DNA of 64,000 bases from an uncultured Acidobacteriota bacterium (lineage in GTDB: Bacteria > Acidobacteriota > Vicinamibacteria > Vicinamibacterales > UBA2999): contig CAWEAM010000010.1 in assembly GCA_963807105.1 (NCBI GenBank), positions 324,773-388,772 on the forward strand, written 5' to 3'. Position 1 is the stretch's first letter, and every line of letters starts with the position of its first letter. Shown here piece by piece: positions 1 through 8,882 of this stretch. The position numbers and the translations under genes were made by a program. The notes beneath the pieces are model-generated. The model was not told where the DNA came from, ran no database searches, and saw only the letters and a list, made by a program, of their open reading frames with translations.

Positions 1-536
1 GTCACGGTCGCGCACATCAACCTGATCGGCCTCGACGCACTCTCGCGCGAGCTCGGCGAGGACCGCGCGATGAGCCTGCTCAGCGATGTCGTCGGCGGGC
101 TCGATGAGGCCGCGGAGCAGCACGGCGTCGAGAAAGTGCGGACGATCGGCGCTTCGTATCTGGCCGCGTCAGGCCTCTCGCTGGAGCGGCCCGACCATAC
201 TGCGCGCATGGTCGAGTTCGCGCGTGAGGTCGTTCGCATCGTCCGTCGATTCAACGCGGAGCGACGGACGAACCTTGGCGCCCAGATCCGCATCAACGCC
301 GGCCCGGTGATTGGCGGCCTGATCGGGCGGCGCAAATTCATCTACGACCTCTGGGGCGACACTGTCCGCCTGGCGCGCCGCATCGAGTCCGACGGACAGG
401 GGTCCATCGTGGTCACCGAAACCGGTGTACGAGCGGGTACACGAGCTGGTGCCTTTCGGAATGCCGACGCAGATCGAGGTGCAGGGGATCGGTACCTGTC
501 GAGCTGTACCCGGTGCTGGAGGAGGGGATCGCATGA
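1..536 (+). CDS. Class III adenylate/guanylate cyclase-like domain, 5'-partial, two frameshifts (~421, ~497); catalytic residues degenerate
   Basis: Frame from base 1 reads VTVAHINLIGLD...GVEKVRTIGASYLAASG...INAGPVIGGLIGRRKFIYDLWGDTVRLARRIES, continues in other frames as VYERVHELVPF...IEVQGIG and VELYPVLEEGIA*; the TGA at 534-536 overlaps the ATG of the next gene. Confidence 0.8.
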
Positions 537-1987
537 ACGACCTCCTCGGCTTCCTGCGCCAAGAGGGCGTCTGGGCGGTCGCGCTCGCGGTGGGCCTGCC
601 GCTCGCGCTCATCCTCGCGACCGAATTGGGCTTCGCGCTCGCCCGCCGGCGGCATCCCGCAACGGTCTGGATACGGCGGACGCGCATCTGGGTGCTGCCT
701 CCGATCGCCGCCGTCCTCTACCTCCGCGTCGTCCTGGGGTTGTCCGACGACAACGGTTGGGTGCGCCTCGCCGCGACGGCCACCTGGGTCGCGATCGTGA
801 TCGTCGCACTGGGCGCTGCCAATTCTTTGGTATTCGAGGCGGCCGCCGTCGGCAGCTGGCAGCAGCGCGTGCCGCGGTTGCTGCGCGATCTGGTCCGGAC
901 CCTCCTCGTCGCGTTCGCGGCGGCGCTGGCCTACTCGTTCATCTGGGACCGCGAGATCCAGGGGGCGCTGGCCGCGCTCGGTGTCACTTCCATTGTCGTC
1001 GGGCTGGCGCTGCAGGAGCCCCTCGGGAATCTCTTCTCGGGGCTCATGCTTCTCATGGAGCGACCCTTCGAGATCGGCGACACGATTGAGGTCGGCGGCG
1101 TCTCCGGGAAGGTGAAGGAAATCAACTGGCGATCGGCCCACATCGAAGCACTGGGGGGCATGATCCAGGTCGTTCCGAACTCGACACTCAACAAGGAAAC
1201 GATCAGCAATTACTCGCGGCCGTTACCGGTGCGCATGGAGATGCTGGAGCTCGCCTTCAGCGCTGACGATCCGCCAAACAAGGTGTGCGAGGCGCTGCTC
1301 GATGTGGCCAGGACCACCAAGGGCGTGCTCCAGTCGCCGAAGCCGATCGCTGCGACCATCGGGTACGGCAACCACGCGGTCAACTACCGCCTGATCTGGC
1401 GCGTGGCCGAAGAGGATCGGTGGTCGGTGCGCAATGACCTGATCACCCGCATCTGGTACATGGCGCGGCGCCACGAGCTGACCATGCCCTATCCGGTGAA
1501 CGTGAACATCCAACATGTGACCAAGGCCCCTTTCACGAAGGCCGCCGCCTCTCCGGCCGAGACTCTGGCGGAAATCCCTCACCTGCCACGCGTGCCCGTC
1601 GAGCAGGGCGGCGTCCGGGTGCTCGCGTTTGGCAAGGGCGAAGTGATCTTCGACGAGGGGCAACTGCTCGACGGTGTCTATCTGCTGGTGACGGGCGCGG
1701 TCTCGATGCAGCTGGTGCGTGAAGGCGAAGTCGCGGAGATCGCAGCGGTCGGGCGGGGCGAGTTCTTCGGTGAGGCCGGCATGCACGGAACGCAGACGGC
1801 AGATTCCCGGGCCGTTGCCGTCGACGACACCCAGCTCCTGCTGCTTGAACCAGACACCGTGCGACTGTTATTCGAGGCGAGCCCGACGCTCGCTCGCGAC
1901 ACCGGGCGGGTGCTCGACGTCAGGCGCAAGGCGCTGCAATCGGCTCGCAGTGCGTTGCGCCGCCAACCACGGGTGAGCAAGCGATGA
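533..1987 (+). CDS. MscS-family mechanosensitive channel with C-terminal cyclic-nucleotide-binding domain
   Basis: TM helices, GLALQEPLGNLFSG, ERPFEIGDTI, INWRSAHI, VPNS; C-terminal GEVIFDEG...GEFFGE; start MNDLL at the ATGA overlap. Confidence 0.9.
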   Translation: MNDLLGFLRQEGVWAVALAVGLPLALILATELGFALARRRHPATVWIRRTRIWVLPPIAAVLYLRVVLGLSDDNGWVRLAATATWVAIVIVALGAANSLVFEAAAVGSWQQRVPRLLRDLVRTLLVAFAAALAYSFIWDREIQGALAALGVTSIVVGLALQEPLGNLFSGLMLLMERPFEIGDTIEVGGVSGKVKEINWRSAHIEALGGMIQVVPNSTLNKETISNYSRPLPVRMEMLELAFSADDPPNKVCEALLDVARTTKGVLQSPKPIAATIGYGNHAVNYRLIWRVAEEDRWSVRNDLITRIWYMARRHELTMPYPVNVNIQHVTKAPFTKAAASPAETLAEIPHLPRVPVEQGGVRVLAFGKGEVIFDEGQLLDGVYLLVTGAVSMQLVREGEVAEIAAVGRGEFFGEAGMHGTQTADSRAVAVDDTQLLLLEPDTVRLLFEASPTLARDTGRVLDVRRKALQSARSALRRQPRVSKR

Positions 1988-2114
1988 AATCGATGTGGGC
2001 GTAACCCTCGCGGCGTGATTCTCGAACGCGGCGCCACTCGCGCTCGCGGCTCCGCGCAGCACACGATGGCATCCCAAGGCACGGTCGTATTCTCTACGGC
2101 GATCCCCCAAATGC

Positions 2115-2250
2115 CACGGCATATTGGACGCCCTCCGGCAGGCTGGGCGAGCGGCGCCTGTGATTCTCGCAACTGGCGGCGCGACCTCGTCAAATCTCCA
2201 ATGAAAACGGGTCGCTTCGGTCTTCTTCGCGCACCGGCACGCGGTCTGCA
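2115..2250 (+). promoter_or_regulatory. sigma54-type promoter module copy 1 (upstream box + CAATGAA box + -24/-12)
   Basis: CACGGCATATTGGACGCCCTCCG (2115), CAATGAA (2199), CGGCACGCGGTCTGCA (2235-2250, GG-N10-GC). Confidence 0.7.
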
Positions 2251-2326
2251 AGGTCGGGCCCCGCCGAGGAGTTTGGCGCATTGCCGTCGAACGACGATCA
2301 GCGGTCATTCGGCGGGTTACCAATCC

Positions 2327-3052
2327 ATGGAACTACTACGTCGACGCCTTCTACTGCTTGCCGAGAGGACGAGCTGGGCATTCGGCCTTGCCGGTCTCGT
2401 GTGGTGGGGGGCGTTCCACATCGGGGTCGCCAGTTCGATGCGGCACGACCTGGAGCGCTTCGCGGCGCTTCAGGGTATCGCGACGCCGGCCGGTACGCCG
2501 GACCAGTCCCTCTGGTCTCCAAATCGCGTCAGTGCCTGGCGTAACGCGCTGAGCGAACCGGCCCCCGATCCGCTTGCGGTGCTCCGAATCCCGAAGATTC
2601 GACTCGAGGTCGCAGTCCTGCCTGGCACCGCCGACGCCACGCTCGACCGCGGCGTCGGTCACATCGAGGACACGGCACAACCGGGAACGGACGGGAACGC
2701 GGGCATCGCCGGGCATCGGGACGGCTTCTTCCGCGGACTGAAGGACATCACCCCGGGCGACACGATCGAGCTCGACACGCTCCAGGGGAAGGACGTCTAT
2801 CGTGTCGAGCGAACGTGGGTGGTCGACCCGGAGGATGTCTCGGTGCTGGACCCGACGCCCACGCGGGCGCTGACGCTGGTCACTTGCTATCCCTTCTACT
2901 TCGTCGGCTCCGCCCCGCAGCGATTCATCGTCCGTGCCGTGCGTGTCGGCGGCGAAATCGCAGACCGCGCCGTGATCCACTGCACGCGTCGCGTGTCCGT
3001 CGTGCGCAAGCTGGCCGTTCGCCGCGGTGGTCTGGCCTTCTCACGTCTCTAA
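2327..3052 (+). CDS. Class D sortase
   Basis: N-terminal TM; LRIPKI, GVGHI, GNAGIAGHRDGFF, LTLVTCYPFYFVGSAPQRFIVRA give the His/Cys/Arg triad. Confidence 0.92.
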   Translation: MELLRRRLLLLAERTSWAFGLAGLVWWGAFHIGVASSMRHDLERFAALQGIATPAGTPDQSLWSPNRVSAWRNALSEPAPDPLAVLRIPKIRLEVAVLPGTADATLDRGVGHIEDTAQPGTDGNAGIAGHRDGFFRGLKDITPGDTIELDTLQGKDVYRVERTWVVDPEDVSVLDPTPTRALTLVTCYPFYFVGSAPQRFIVRAVRVGGEIADRAVIHCTRRVSVVRKLAVRRGGLAFSRL

Positions 3053-3093
3053 ATGGTTCGCGAAGACACGCAGAGCAGAATGGAGAGAGTTTT

Positions 3094-3852
3094 ATGACAC
3101 GTGCAATCGTTCGGATGGTGCTCGTCACGGCAGTCGTGTGTTCGACGGCCGTCGTGTCGCTGGCGCAGACCACGAGCTCGACGGAAACCAAGACATTCGA
3201 AGTACTCGCGGTGGACGGCAACCAGCTCGTCGTCAGGCTGCCGGAAGGCACGAGGGAGCTGACGGTCGCCGATGACTTTCGCTTCACTGTCAACGGACAG
3301 CAGTTGTCCGTGCGCGACTTGAGGCCCGGTATGAAAGGCACGGCCACCATTACGACGCGAACGACGGTCACGCCGGTCACCGTCACCGAGGTGAAGAACG
3401 GCACGGTCGCGCACTCGGCTGGTGCCACCATCATCGTACGGACCGACGAGGGATTCCGGTCGTTCACTCAAGGGGATATCGACAAGCGCGGCGTGAAAAT
3501 CATGCGCGCCGGCAAGCCCGCGCAGGTGTCAGATTTCCGTGAAGGTGATCGGCTGACCGCAACCATCATCACGTCCAAGCCGCCGCAGGTCCTGACCGAA
3601 AAGGAAGTGCAGGCTACCCTCGCGGGTGCGGGTGGAACAGGCGGCGGCGCCCGTCCGGCGGCAGCAGCGGCCCCTTCGGCCTCTTCGGCACCTGCGTCCG
3701 CCGCGGCACCTGCGGGCTCGGCCGCAACGTCGGCGGGCGCGACCAGAGCACTGCCGAAGACCGCCAGCTCGTGGCCGGTGCTCGGGCTCGCGAGCGTCCT
3801 GTTCCTCGCGATGGCGCTCGCCCTGACTACCAGGCGCCGCTTCGTCCGCTAG
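3094..3852 (+). CDS. Sortase substrate: signal peptide, two OB-fold-like beta repeats, Ala/Pro linker, LPKTA sorting signal
   Basis: C-terminus ALPKTASSWPVLGLASVLFLAMALALTTRRRFVR = LPXTA + TM + basic tail; directly follows the sortase. Confidence 0.88.
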   Translation: MTRAIVRMVLVTAVVCSTAVVSLAQTTSSTETKTFEVLAVDGNQLVVRLPEGTRELTVADDFRFTVNGQQLSVRDLRPGMKGTATITTRTTVTPVTVTEVKNGTVAHSAGATIIVRTDEGFRSFTQGDIDKRGVKIMRAGKPAQVSDFREGDRLTATIITSKPPQVLTEKEVQATLAGAGGTGGGARPAAAAAPSASSAPASAAAPAGSAATSAGATRALPKTASSWPVLGLASVLFLAMALALTTRRRFVR

Positions 3853-3869
3853 TCAATCTGCTATCAGCT

Positions 3870-3902
3870 GGCCGCGCTCGCGCGCGACGCCCGAGCGCGG
3901 CC
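3870..3902 (+). terminator. GC-rich hairpin after the sortase-substrate gene
   Basis: GGCCGCGCTCG...CGAGCGCGGCC inverted repeat; no clear U tract. Confidence 0.4.
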
Positions 3903-3972
3903 CGCCTATCTGTCACCGCCTCATCCCTGCGCTGTCTCTCGCGGATCGCAAGCTGCGGCCCTGCCTGGTCCC

Positions 3973-4071
3973 TACGGTATTCCGGAACCCCTCCGCCACG
4001 TCGGACGAACCATGTCGGCGGGCGAGCGCCGCATGTGAACGCCCCGCGGAGTTTCCCCAATGAATCAGGCC
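3973..4071 (+). promoter_or_regulatory. Promoter module copy 2 (upstream box + CAATGAA box; no correctly spaced -24/-12)
   Basis: TACGGTATTCCGGAACCCCTCCG (3973) and CAATGAATCAGGCC (4058), same ~85-nt spacing as the other copies. Confidence 0.55.
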
Positions 4072-4147
4072 GGTGCACGTTGCACGCCGCCTGAACTCAG
4101 AAAATCGGACACCATTGGATTACTCCGATCCAGCAAAGGAGTGCGCC

Positions 4148-4874
4148 GTGTTCATTAAGCTCGCTGCAGAGTCGATCGGCACGTTCTGGCTCGTTCTCGG
4201 AGGTTGCGGCAGCGCGGTACTCGCGGCCGCCTTCCCCGACGTTGGAATCGGATTGCTCGGGGTGTCACTGGCTTTCGGTCTGACGGTGCTCTCAGGGGCG
4301 TACGCGCTCGGCCCGATCTCGGGCGGTCACTTCAACCCCGCTGTCTCCGTCGGCTTGTGGGCGGGAGGCCGCTTTCCCGCCGGCCTGCTGTTGCCTTACA
4401 ACCATGGCGCAAGTCTTCGGTGGCGTCGTCGGCGCGGGCGTGCTGTACTTCATCGCCAGCGGCCGCGCCGATTTCAGCCTCGCCGGAGGCTTCGCTTCTA
4501 ACGGCTACGGCGTGCACTCACCCGGCAGGTATTCGCTTGCGGCGGGGTTCGTGTGCGAAGTCGTGATGACATTCATGTTCCTGGTCGTCATTCTCGGCAC
4601 CACTCACAAACGCGCGCCAGTGGGATTCGCCGGCCTCGCAATCGGCCTTGCACTCCCACTGATCCATCTGATCAGCATTCCTGTGACCAACACCTCGGTC
4701 AATCCGGCGCGCAGCATCGCCACCGCGCTGTTCGCTGGAGACTGGGCGCTTCAGCAGCTCTGGCTGTTCTGGCTTGCTCCGATGATTGGCGCCGCCAGCG
4801 CGGGCGTGACATACAGGGCGATCCTCGAAGGCGCAGTCGTTGAACCTCCGGTGACCGGACGCGCCGCTGCGTAG
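4148..4874 (+). CDS. aqpZ: Aquaporin Z, frameshift near 4400
   Basis: [57 protein letters not shown]; split over ORFs 4073-4501 and 4404-4874. Confidence 0.92.
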
Positions 4875-4994
4875 TTCACTCTCGAGGTGGCCAGCTCATC
4901 GCCGTGTTTGAGAGAGCCCGCGGTCAGGTTCTCGATCGCTGTTTTTCCGTAGGTTCCGCGGATGCCCCGCCCTCCGGTTGCCCCGGCCGATACG

Positions 4995-5131
4995 CACGGT
5001 ATTTCGGGCGCCCTCCGTGGAATTGGGGAGATCTGCGCGGCGGTTCGGGTGGCGAGCCGCAGCCACGTCGTGAGATCCTCAATGAATCCGGCCATTTCTG
5101 GTTTTTTCTCCTCCACGGCACGCGCTCTGCA
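4995..5131 (+). promoter_or_regulatory. sigma54-type promoter module copy 3
   Basis: CACGGTATTTCGGGCGCCCTCCG (4995), CAATGAATCCGGCC (5080), CGGCACGCGCTCTGCA (5116-5131). Confidence 0.72.
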
Positions 5132-5473
5132 GCCGGCTTGTCCGCCTGTCACTCCTCGTCGAGAAGTTCCAGACGCGCGACCGGAGTAGTCAGTGTCCGA
5201 CTGACCAGTTGGAGTGATATGGCTCGGTTGGTTGGAAAGCGGAACGCGGTTCACGGCGCAAGTAGATGAAATCGCGGATGCCGTCGCAGCCGGCGGGCGT
5301 GGTCAGCAACATGGCCTCGATCACCCGTCGTGCGTCGCCGACAGCCGCATCGTTTTGACTGCCGCACCGTTTTGACTGGCCGAGTGCGGTCGCAATGTGC
5401 TTGGATAGCATCCGGTCGGTGGCGCGCTTTAGAGAGTAACGGCTCTTCGCGATCGCGGCCCTAGGAGGACACA

Positions 5474-6025
5474 ATGAAACGGCTTGTTGTGGGAATGATT
5501 GCAGTGGCGTTTCTGGCATTGACGGCCCGCACGGCCGTGGCTCAGTCCAAGACCATCTCGTCTGAGATGCGAACGGAAACGGGTGTCGTCGAAGCGATCG
5601 AAGCCTCGACACGCTCGGTGACGCTCAAGAAACCGGACGGAACCTTCGTGACGACGGTCGCGGGGCCGGAGGTGAAGCGTTTCTCGGAGATCAAGGTCGG
5701 CGACAAGATCACCGCTCGCTACTACGAGAACCTCATTATTCGGCTGAAGCGGCCCGGCGAGCCGGACGTGGTCAGCCAGACGAAAGGCACGACCCCTTCC
5801 GAGCAAGTTCTCCCGGGTGGCACGAAAGCCAAGCAGGTGACCATCACGGCCACGATTGCGGCCATAGACATGAACGTGCCATCGGTGACTTTCACCGGGC
5901 CGAACGGCTGGAAGTACACCTCCAAAGTGGTGGACAAGGAGGCGCTCGGCAAAGTGAAGGTCGGCGACAAGTTCGACATCGTCTGGACCGAAGCGATGCT
6001 GGTGTCGCTCGAGCCCGGCAAGTAG
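5474..6025 (+). CDS. Exported protein with tandem OB-fold-like repeats
   Basis: AGGAGG RBS, signal peptide, two repeats (GVVEAIEASTRSVTLKKPDG...IKVGDKI; ATIAAIDMNVPSVTFTGPNG...VKVGDKF). Confidence 0.85.
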   Translation: MKRLVVGMIAVAFLALTARTAVAQSKTISSEMRTETGVVEAIEASTRSVTLKKPDGTFVTTVAGPEVKRFSEIKVGDKITARYYENLIIRLKRPGEPDVVSQTKGTTPSEQVLPGGTKAKQVTITATIAAIDMNVPSVTFTGPNGWKYTSKVVDKEALGKVKVGDKFDIVWTEAMLVSLEPGK

Positions 6026-6040
6026 GTGACTGGGTTACAG

Positions 6041-6068
6041 CCGGGACGATCCGCCGTGATCGTCCCGG
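6041..6068. terminator. Hairpin between convergent genes
   Basis: CCGGGACGATC...GATCGTCCCGG. Confidence 0.45.
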
Positions 6069-6133
6069 ACCGCCGCCAATGATCGGAGGTGGCGCCGCGC
6101 GTGATGAGCACTTGATGACTCGAGCCTGAGACG

Positions 6134-6830
6134 TCAGTCTGACGGCGTCAGCGCTGCAGACGCCATTCCATCGAAGAAGTCTCTGAGCGGCCAATTGGTG
6201 GCGGCAACGCGAGCGCCACCGAGAATGAACGCCTCCTGCCGGAGCACGAAACGCAAGGCTTCCAGCATCTGGCCAACGCCCGGCGGAGGGCTGCTCAACA
6301 TTTCTTCAGTGACGCCGAAAGCGGATCGGTGGGCCGCAAGCGCCGACAGCTTGCGGTCCAGTAGATGTATCGCATCGAACGACACCGCGAGCATGCCGGC
6401 TGCGGTGCCAAAAACGTCCGGGTCGAGCCCGTCAGTGATGCCTTTGCCTCGACTCTTCTCCGCGAAGACCCGAAACACATCGCGCTCGATGGTGCAGTAG
6501 AACAACCGCTCGGGCGCCGTCGGCCCCATCACACCACTCGAAAAGAACGCCGCGGCCGTGGCGCGCTGAATCGCCAGGTGGTCGGGATGGTAATAGCCGC
6601 CATGCGGATCGAACGTGACAATCACGTGCGGCGTCCTCTCCTGAATGATGTCTCGAATGGCCGCTTCTACTTCGAGCTTGTCGATATTCGCCAGCGCTCG
6701 CGGGTCGTCATGTCGTTGCCGATCCTTGCGGGCAGAATCGTGGAATCCGAGAAGCACGGGTTCTTCGATGCCGAGCCTGGCGCAGGACATGCGCAATTCC
6801 TCCGCGTATTTTGCGGCGCGGACGATCCGC
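6134..6830 (-). pseudogene. PIG-L/MshB-family deacetylase, N-terminus missing
   Basis: EELRMSCARLGI, LGFHDS, TFDPHGGYYHPDH, KLSALAAHRS; no AHPDDE N-terminal motif. Confidence 0.72.
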
Positions 6831-7350
6831 GGCGAGCTGCATGTCAGAGAGCTGGAAGGCGGTGCCGACACGACGCTCGGTGGAGATCTCGGCGCCAATC
6901 GCGGCTTTCCGGTGATCTCCCCAAATGGGAAGCAGATCGCCTTCGGACGCTCGTGCCGGGACCGCCCGTGCAGCGTCCTCTGTTTCTCACGAACCTCGCT
7001 GATGGAGAAACGCGCTTGGTGCGCGACGACTGTGGTGGCCGCCCGCGGCAATGGCTCGATGAACAGACGCTGCTCGTCGAAACGTTCGGCGCGGGGCTGA
7101 ACTCCTTTGTGGTGGTCGAGACGTGTGACGGAACGCAGCGTCCGCTGCTCTCATCGATTGATCGCCGGGTCTCCAATCCCCGTGTCTCACCAGACGGCCA
7201 CTGGCTCGCGTTCGACGCCGTGCACCCCGGCGGATCGCCGGTGGTGGCGGTCGCGCGATGATCACCAACGTCGCGCCCATTGCCGCGCCTGATCAGATCA
7301 TCTTCGTGCTGGGCGACTATCGGGGTGATGTCTGGATGATGGATGTTTGA
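6830..7350 (+). pseudogene. C-terminal PD40/TolB-like propeller fragment (kinase/regulator type)
   Basis: PVISPNGKQIAF, NPRVSPDGHWLAF, then IIFVLGDYRGDVWMMDV*; no start or N-terminal domain. Confidence 0.6.
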
Positions 7351-7446
7351 GAAGTGTCCGCGCGCCGAGCACGCCCTCCCTCCCCTCGAACCAGTCTCTG
7401 CGGCGCGTCTACTCCATGAGCCGCAAAGGGTAGAACGACGGCCTGA

Positions 7447-7476
7447 TTGACATGTGACCATATGGTCACATATAAT
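7447..7476 (+). promoter_or_regulatory. sigma70 promoter with ArsR operator palindrome in the spacer
   Basis: TTGACA (7447), 18 nt, TATAAT (7471); perfect 20-bp palindrome ATGTGACCATATGGTCACAT at 7452-7471. Confidence 0.85.
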
Positions 7477-7482
7477 CGATCA

Positions 7483-7827
7483 GTGTTCGACGACGATTCG
7501 GTGTTCAAGGCGCTCGCGGATCCAACACGTCGATTCCTTCTCGATCTGCTCTTCAAACGTGACGGTCGCACGCTGACGGAGCTCGAGTCGGAGTTGGCGA
7601 TGACGCGGTTCGGTGTCATGAAGCACCTGCGCGTGCTCGAGCGTGCGGGCGTCGTCGTCACGCGCAGGTCGGGCAGGGAGAAGCTGCACTTCCTGAACCC
7701 GGTGCCGATCCGAATGATTCACGATCGCTGGATCGACAAATACACTGGGCGTCGCGTGTCGGCGCTGTTGGATCTCAAAACCGAGTTGGAGGCGAAGTCA
7801 TGGCGACAGAGTCAAAAGCGGGCATAG
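7483..7827 (+). CDS. ArsR/SmtB-family regulator, probably leaderless
   Basis: VFKALADPTRRFLLDLL, MTRFGVMKHLRVLE, HFLNPVPI. Confidence 0.9.
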   Translation: MFDDDSVFKALADPTRRFLLDLLFKRDGRTLTELESELAMTRFGVMKHLRVLERAGVVVTRRSGREKLHFLNPVPIRMIHDRWIDKYTGRRVSALLDLKTELEAKSWRQSQKRA

Positions 7828-8297
7828 CGACGACGCAGGTCTACGAGGTCTACATCAAAGCCTCGCCACAGGCCATCTGGGACGCCCTCACGTCGCCGGA
7901 ATGGACGACGAAGTACGGCTACCAGGGCGCCGTCGAGTACGAGCTACGTTCGGGCGGCGCGTACCGGGCGCACTCTACTTCGCAGATGAAGTCGTTTGGC
8001 TTGCCGGACGTCGTCGTCGACGGCGTGGTCGAGGAAGCCGACCCGCCGAAAAAGCTGGTGCACACCTATCGCTTCCTGTTCAGCGACGCCATGAAAGCCG
8101 AGGGCTTCACGCGCGTCACGTGGGAGATCGAGAAAGTCGCAGCCGGCTTCTCGAGGCTCACCGTGACTCACGAGCTCGAGGGCGCGCCGATCATGGCCGG
8201 CATGGTCGCCAGTAAGTTCTCCGAGCAGGGCACGGGTGGCTGGGCCTGGATTCTCAGCGACATGAAGTCGCTGCTCGAGACCGGCAACTCGATGTAA
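7800..8297 (+). CDS. SRPBCC/AHSA1-like protein
   Basis: QVYEVYIKASPQAIWDALT...GWAWILSDMKSLLETG; usual ArsR partner. Confidence 0.88.
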   Translation: MATESKAGIATTQVYEVYIKASPQAIWDALTSPEWTTKYGYQGAVEYELRSGGAYRAHSTSQMKSFGLPDVVVDGVVEEADPPKKLVHTYRFLFSDAMKAEGFTRVTWEIEKVAAGFSRLTVTHELEGAPIMAGMVASKFSEQGTGGWAWILSDMKSLLETGNSM

Positions 8298-8431
8298 GAC
8301 CGGAGTTCAATGGAACGAGGAGCGCGGATCGCTGACGAGGCACTCGAGTACCGCCCGGCCTCGCGGCATTAGGCGGTAGCCGACCTCGAGGCTGGGCGGT
8401 CCGCGCAGGCAACCCTTGTCTTGCCTGACAC

Positions 8432-8568
8432 TACGGTATTTCGGGCGCGCCCTCCGGGAGGGTGGGGTGATCCGCGCCGCCCTTCGCCGGGCACACCTGC
8501 GGTGCGTCGCCAGATCCTCAATGAATCCGGCCATTTCTGCTTTCCGCTCTCACGGCACGCGGTCTGCA
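8432..8568 (+). promoter_or_regulatory. sigma54-type promoter module copy 4
   Basis: TACGGTATTTCGGGCGCGCCCTCCG (8432), CAATGAATCCGGCC (8519), CGGCACGCGGTCTGCA (8553-8568). Confidence 0.72.
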
Positions 8569-8770
8569 GCCCACCTGCCCAACTGTCACCGAACGGCGAG
8601 GAATTCGGAGACGCGCGACCTGCGCGTCAGTCGTCGACTTCACTGTTGTTGAGTGACATTGGATCGGTTCGTCGGAAAACGAAATGCCCTTCATGGGCTC
8701 GCAATGTGCATCGCGTCACCGGCGCGCTGAGAGCAAAACTTTTCGCGATCGCGGCACTAGGAGTGCACAC

Positions 8771-8855
8771 GAGACGACGTTCTCGTATTAGCCAGCGGTG
8801 ATCTTGCGATCGTCGTGAAAGTGCCGTCCGGTTTCTTGAGCGTGACCGTGACCAT
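8771..8855 (-). pseudogene. Inverted remnant of a paralog of the 5474-6025 gene
   Basis: Minus strand reads VTLKKPDGTFTT then KITAG*YENVV, versus VTLKKPDGTFVTT and KITARYYENLII. Confidence 0.7.
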
Positions 8856-8882
8856 CACGGGACGATTACGAGGAACGAATCC

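Noticed and set aside
70..1089. 339-aa cyclase ORF as listed, and MscS starting at 425
   Set aside because: Both are frameshift chimeras; the cyclase ends at 536 and MscS starts at 533.
6365..7261. Overlapping bidirectional coding by the 6134-7051 and 6365-7261 ORFs
   Set aside because: Each has protein-like motifs only on its own side of ~6830; they are abutting fragments.
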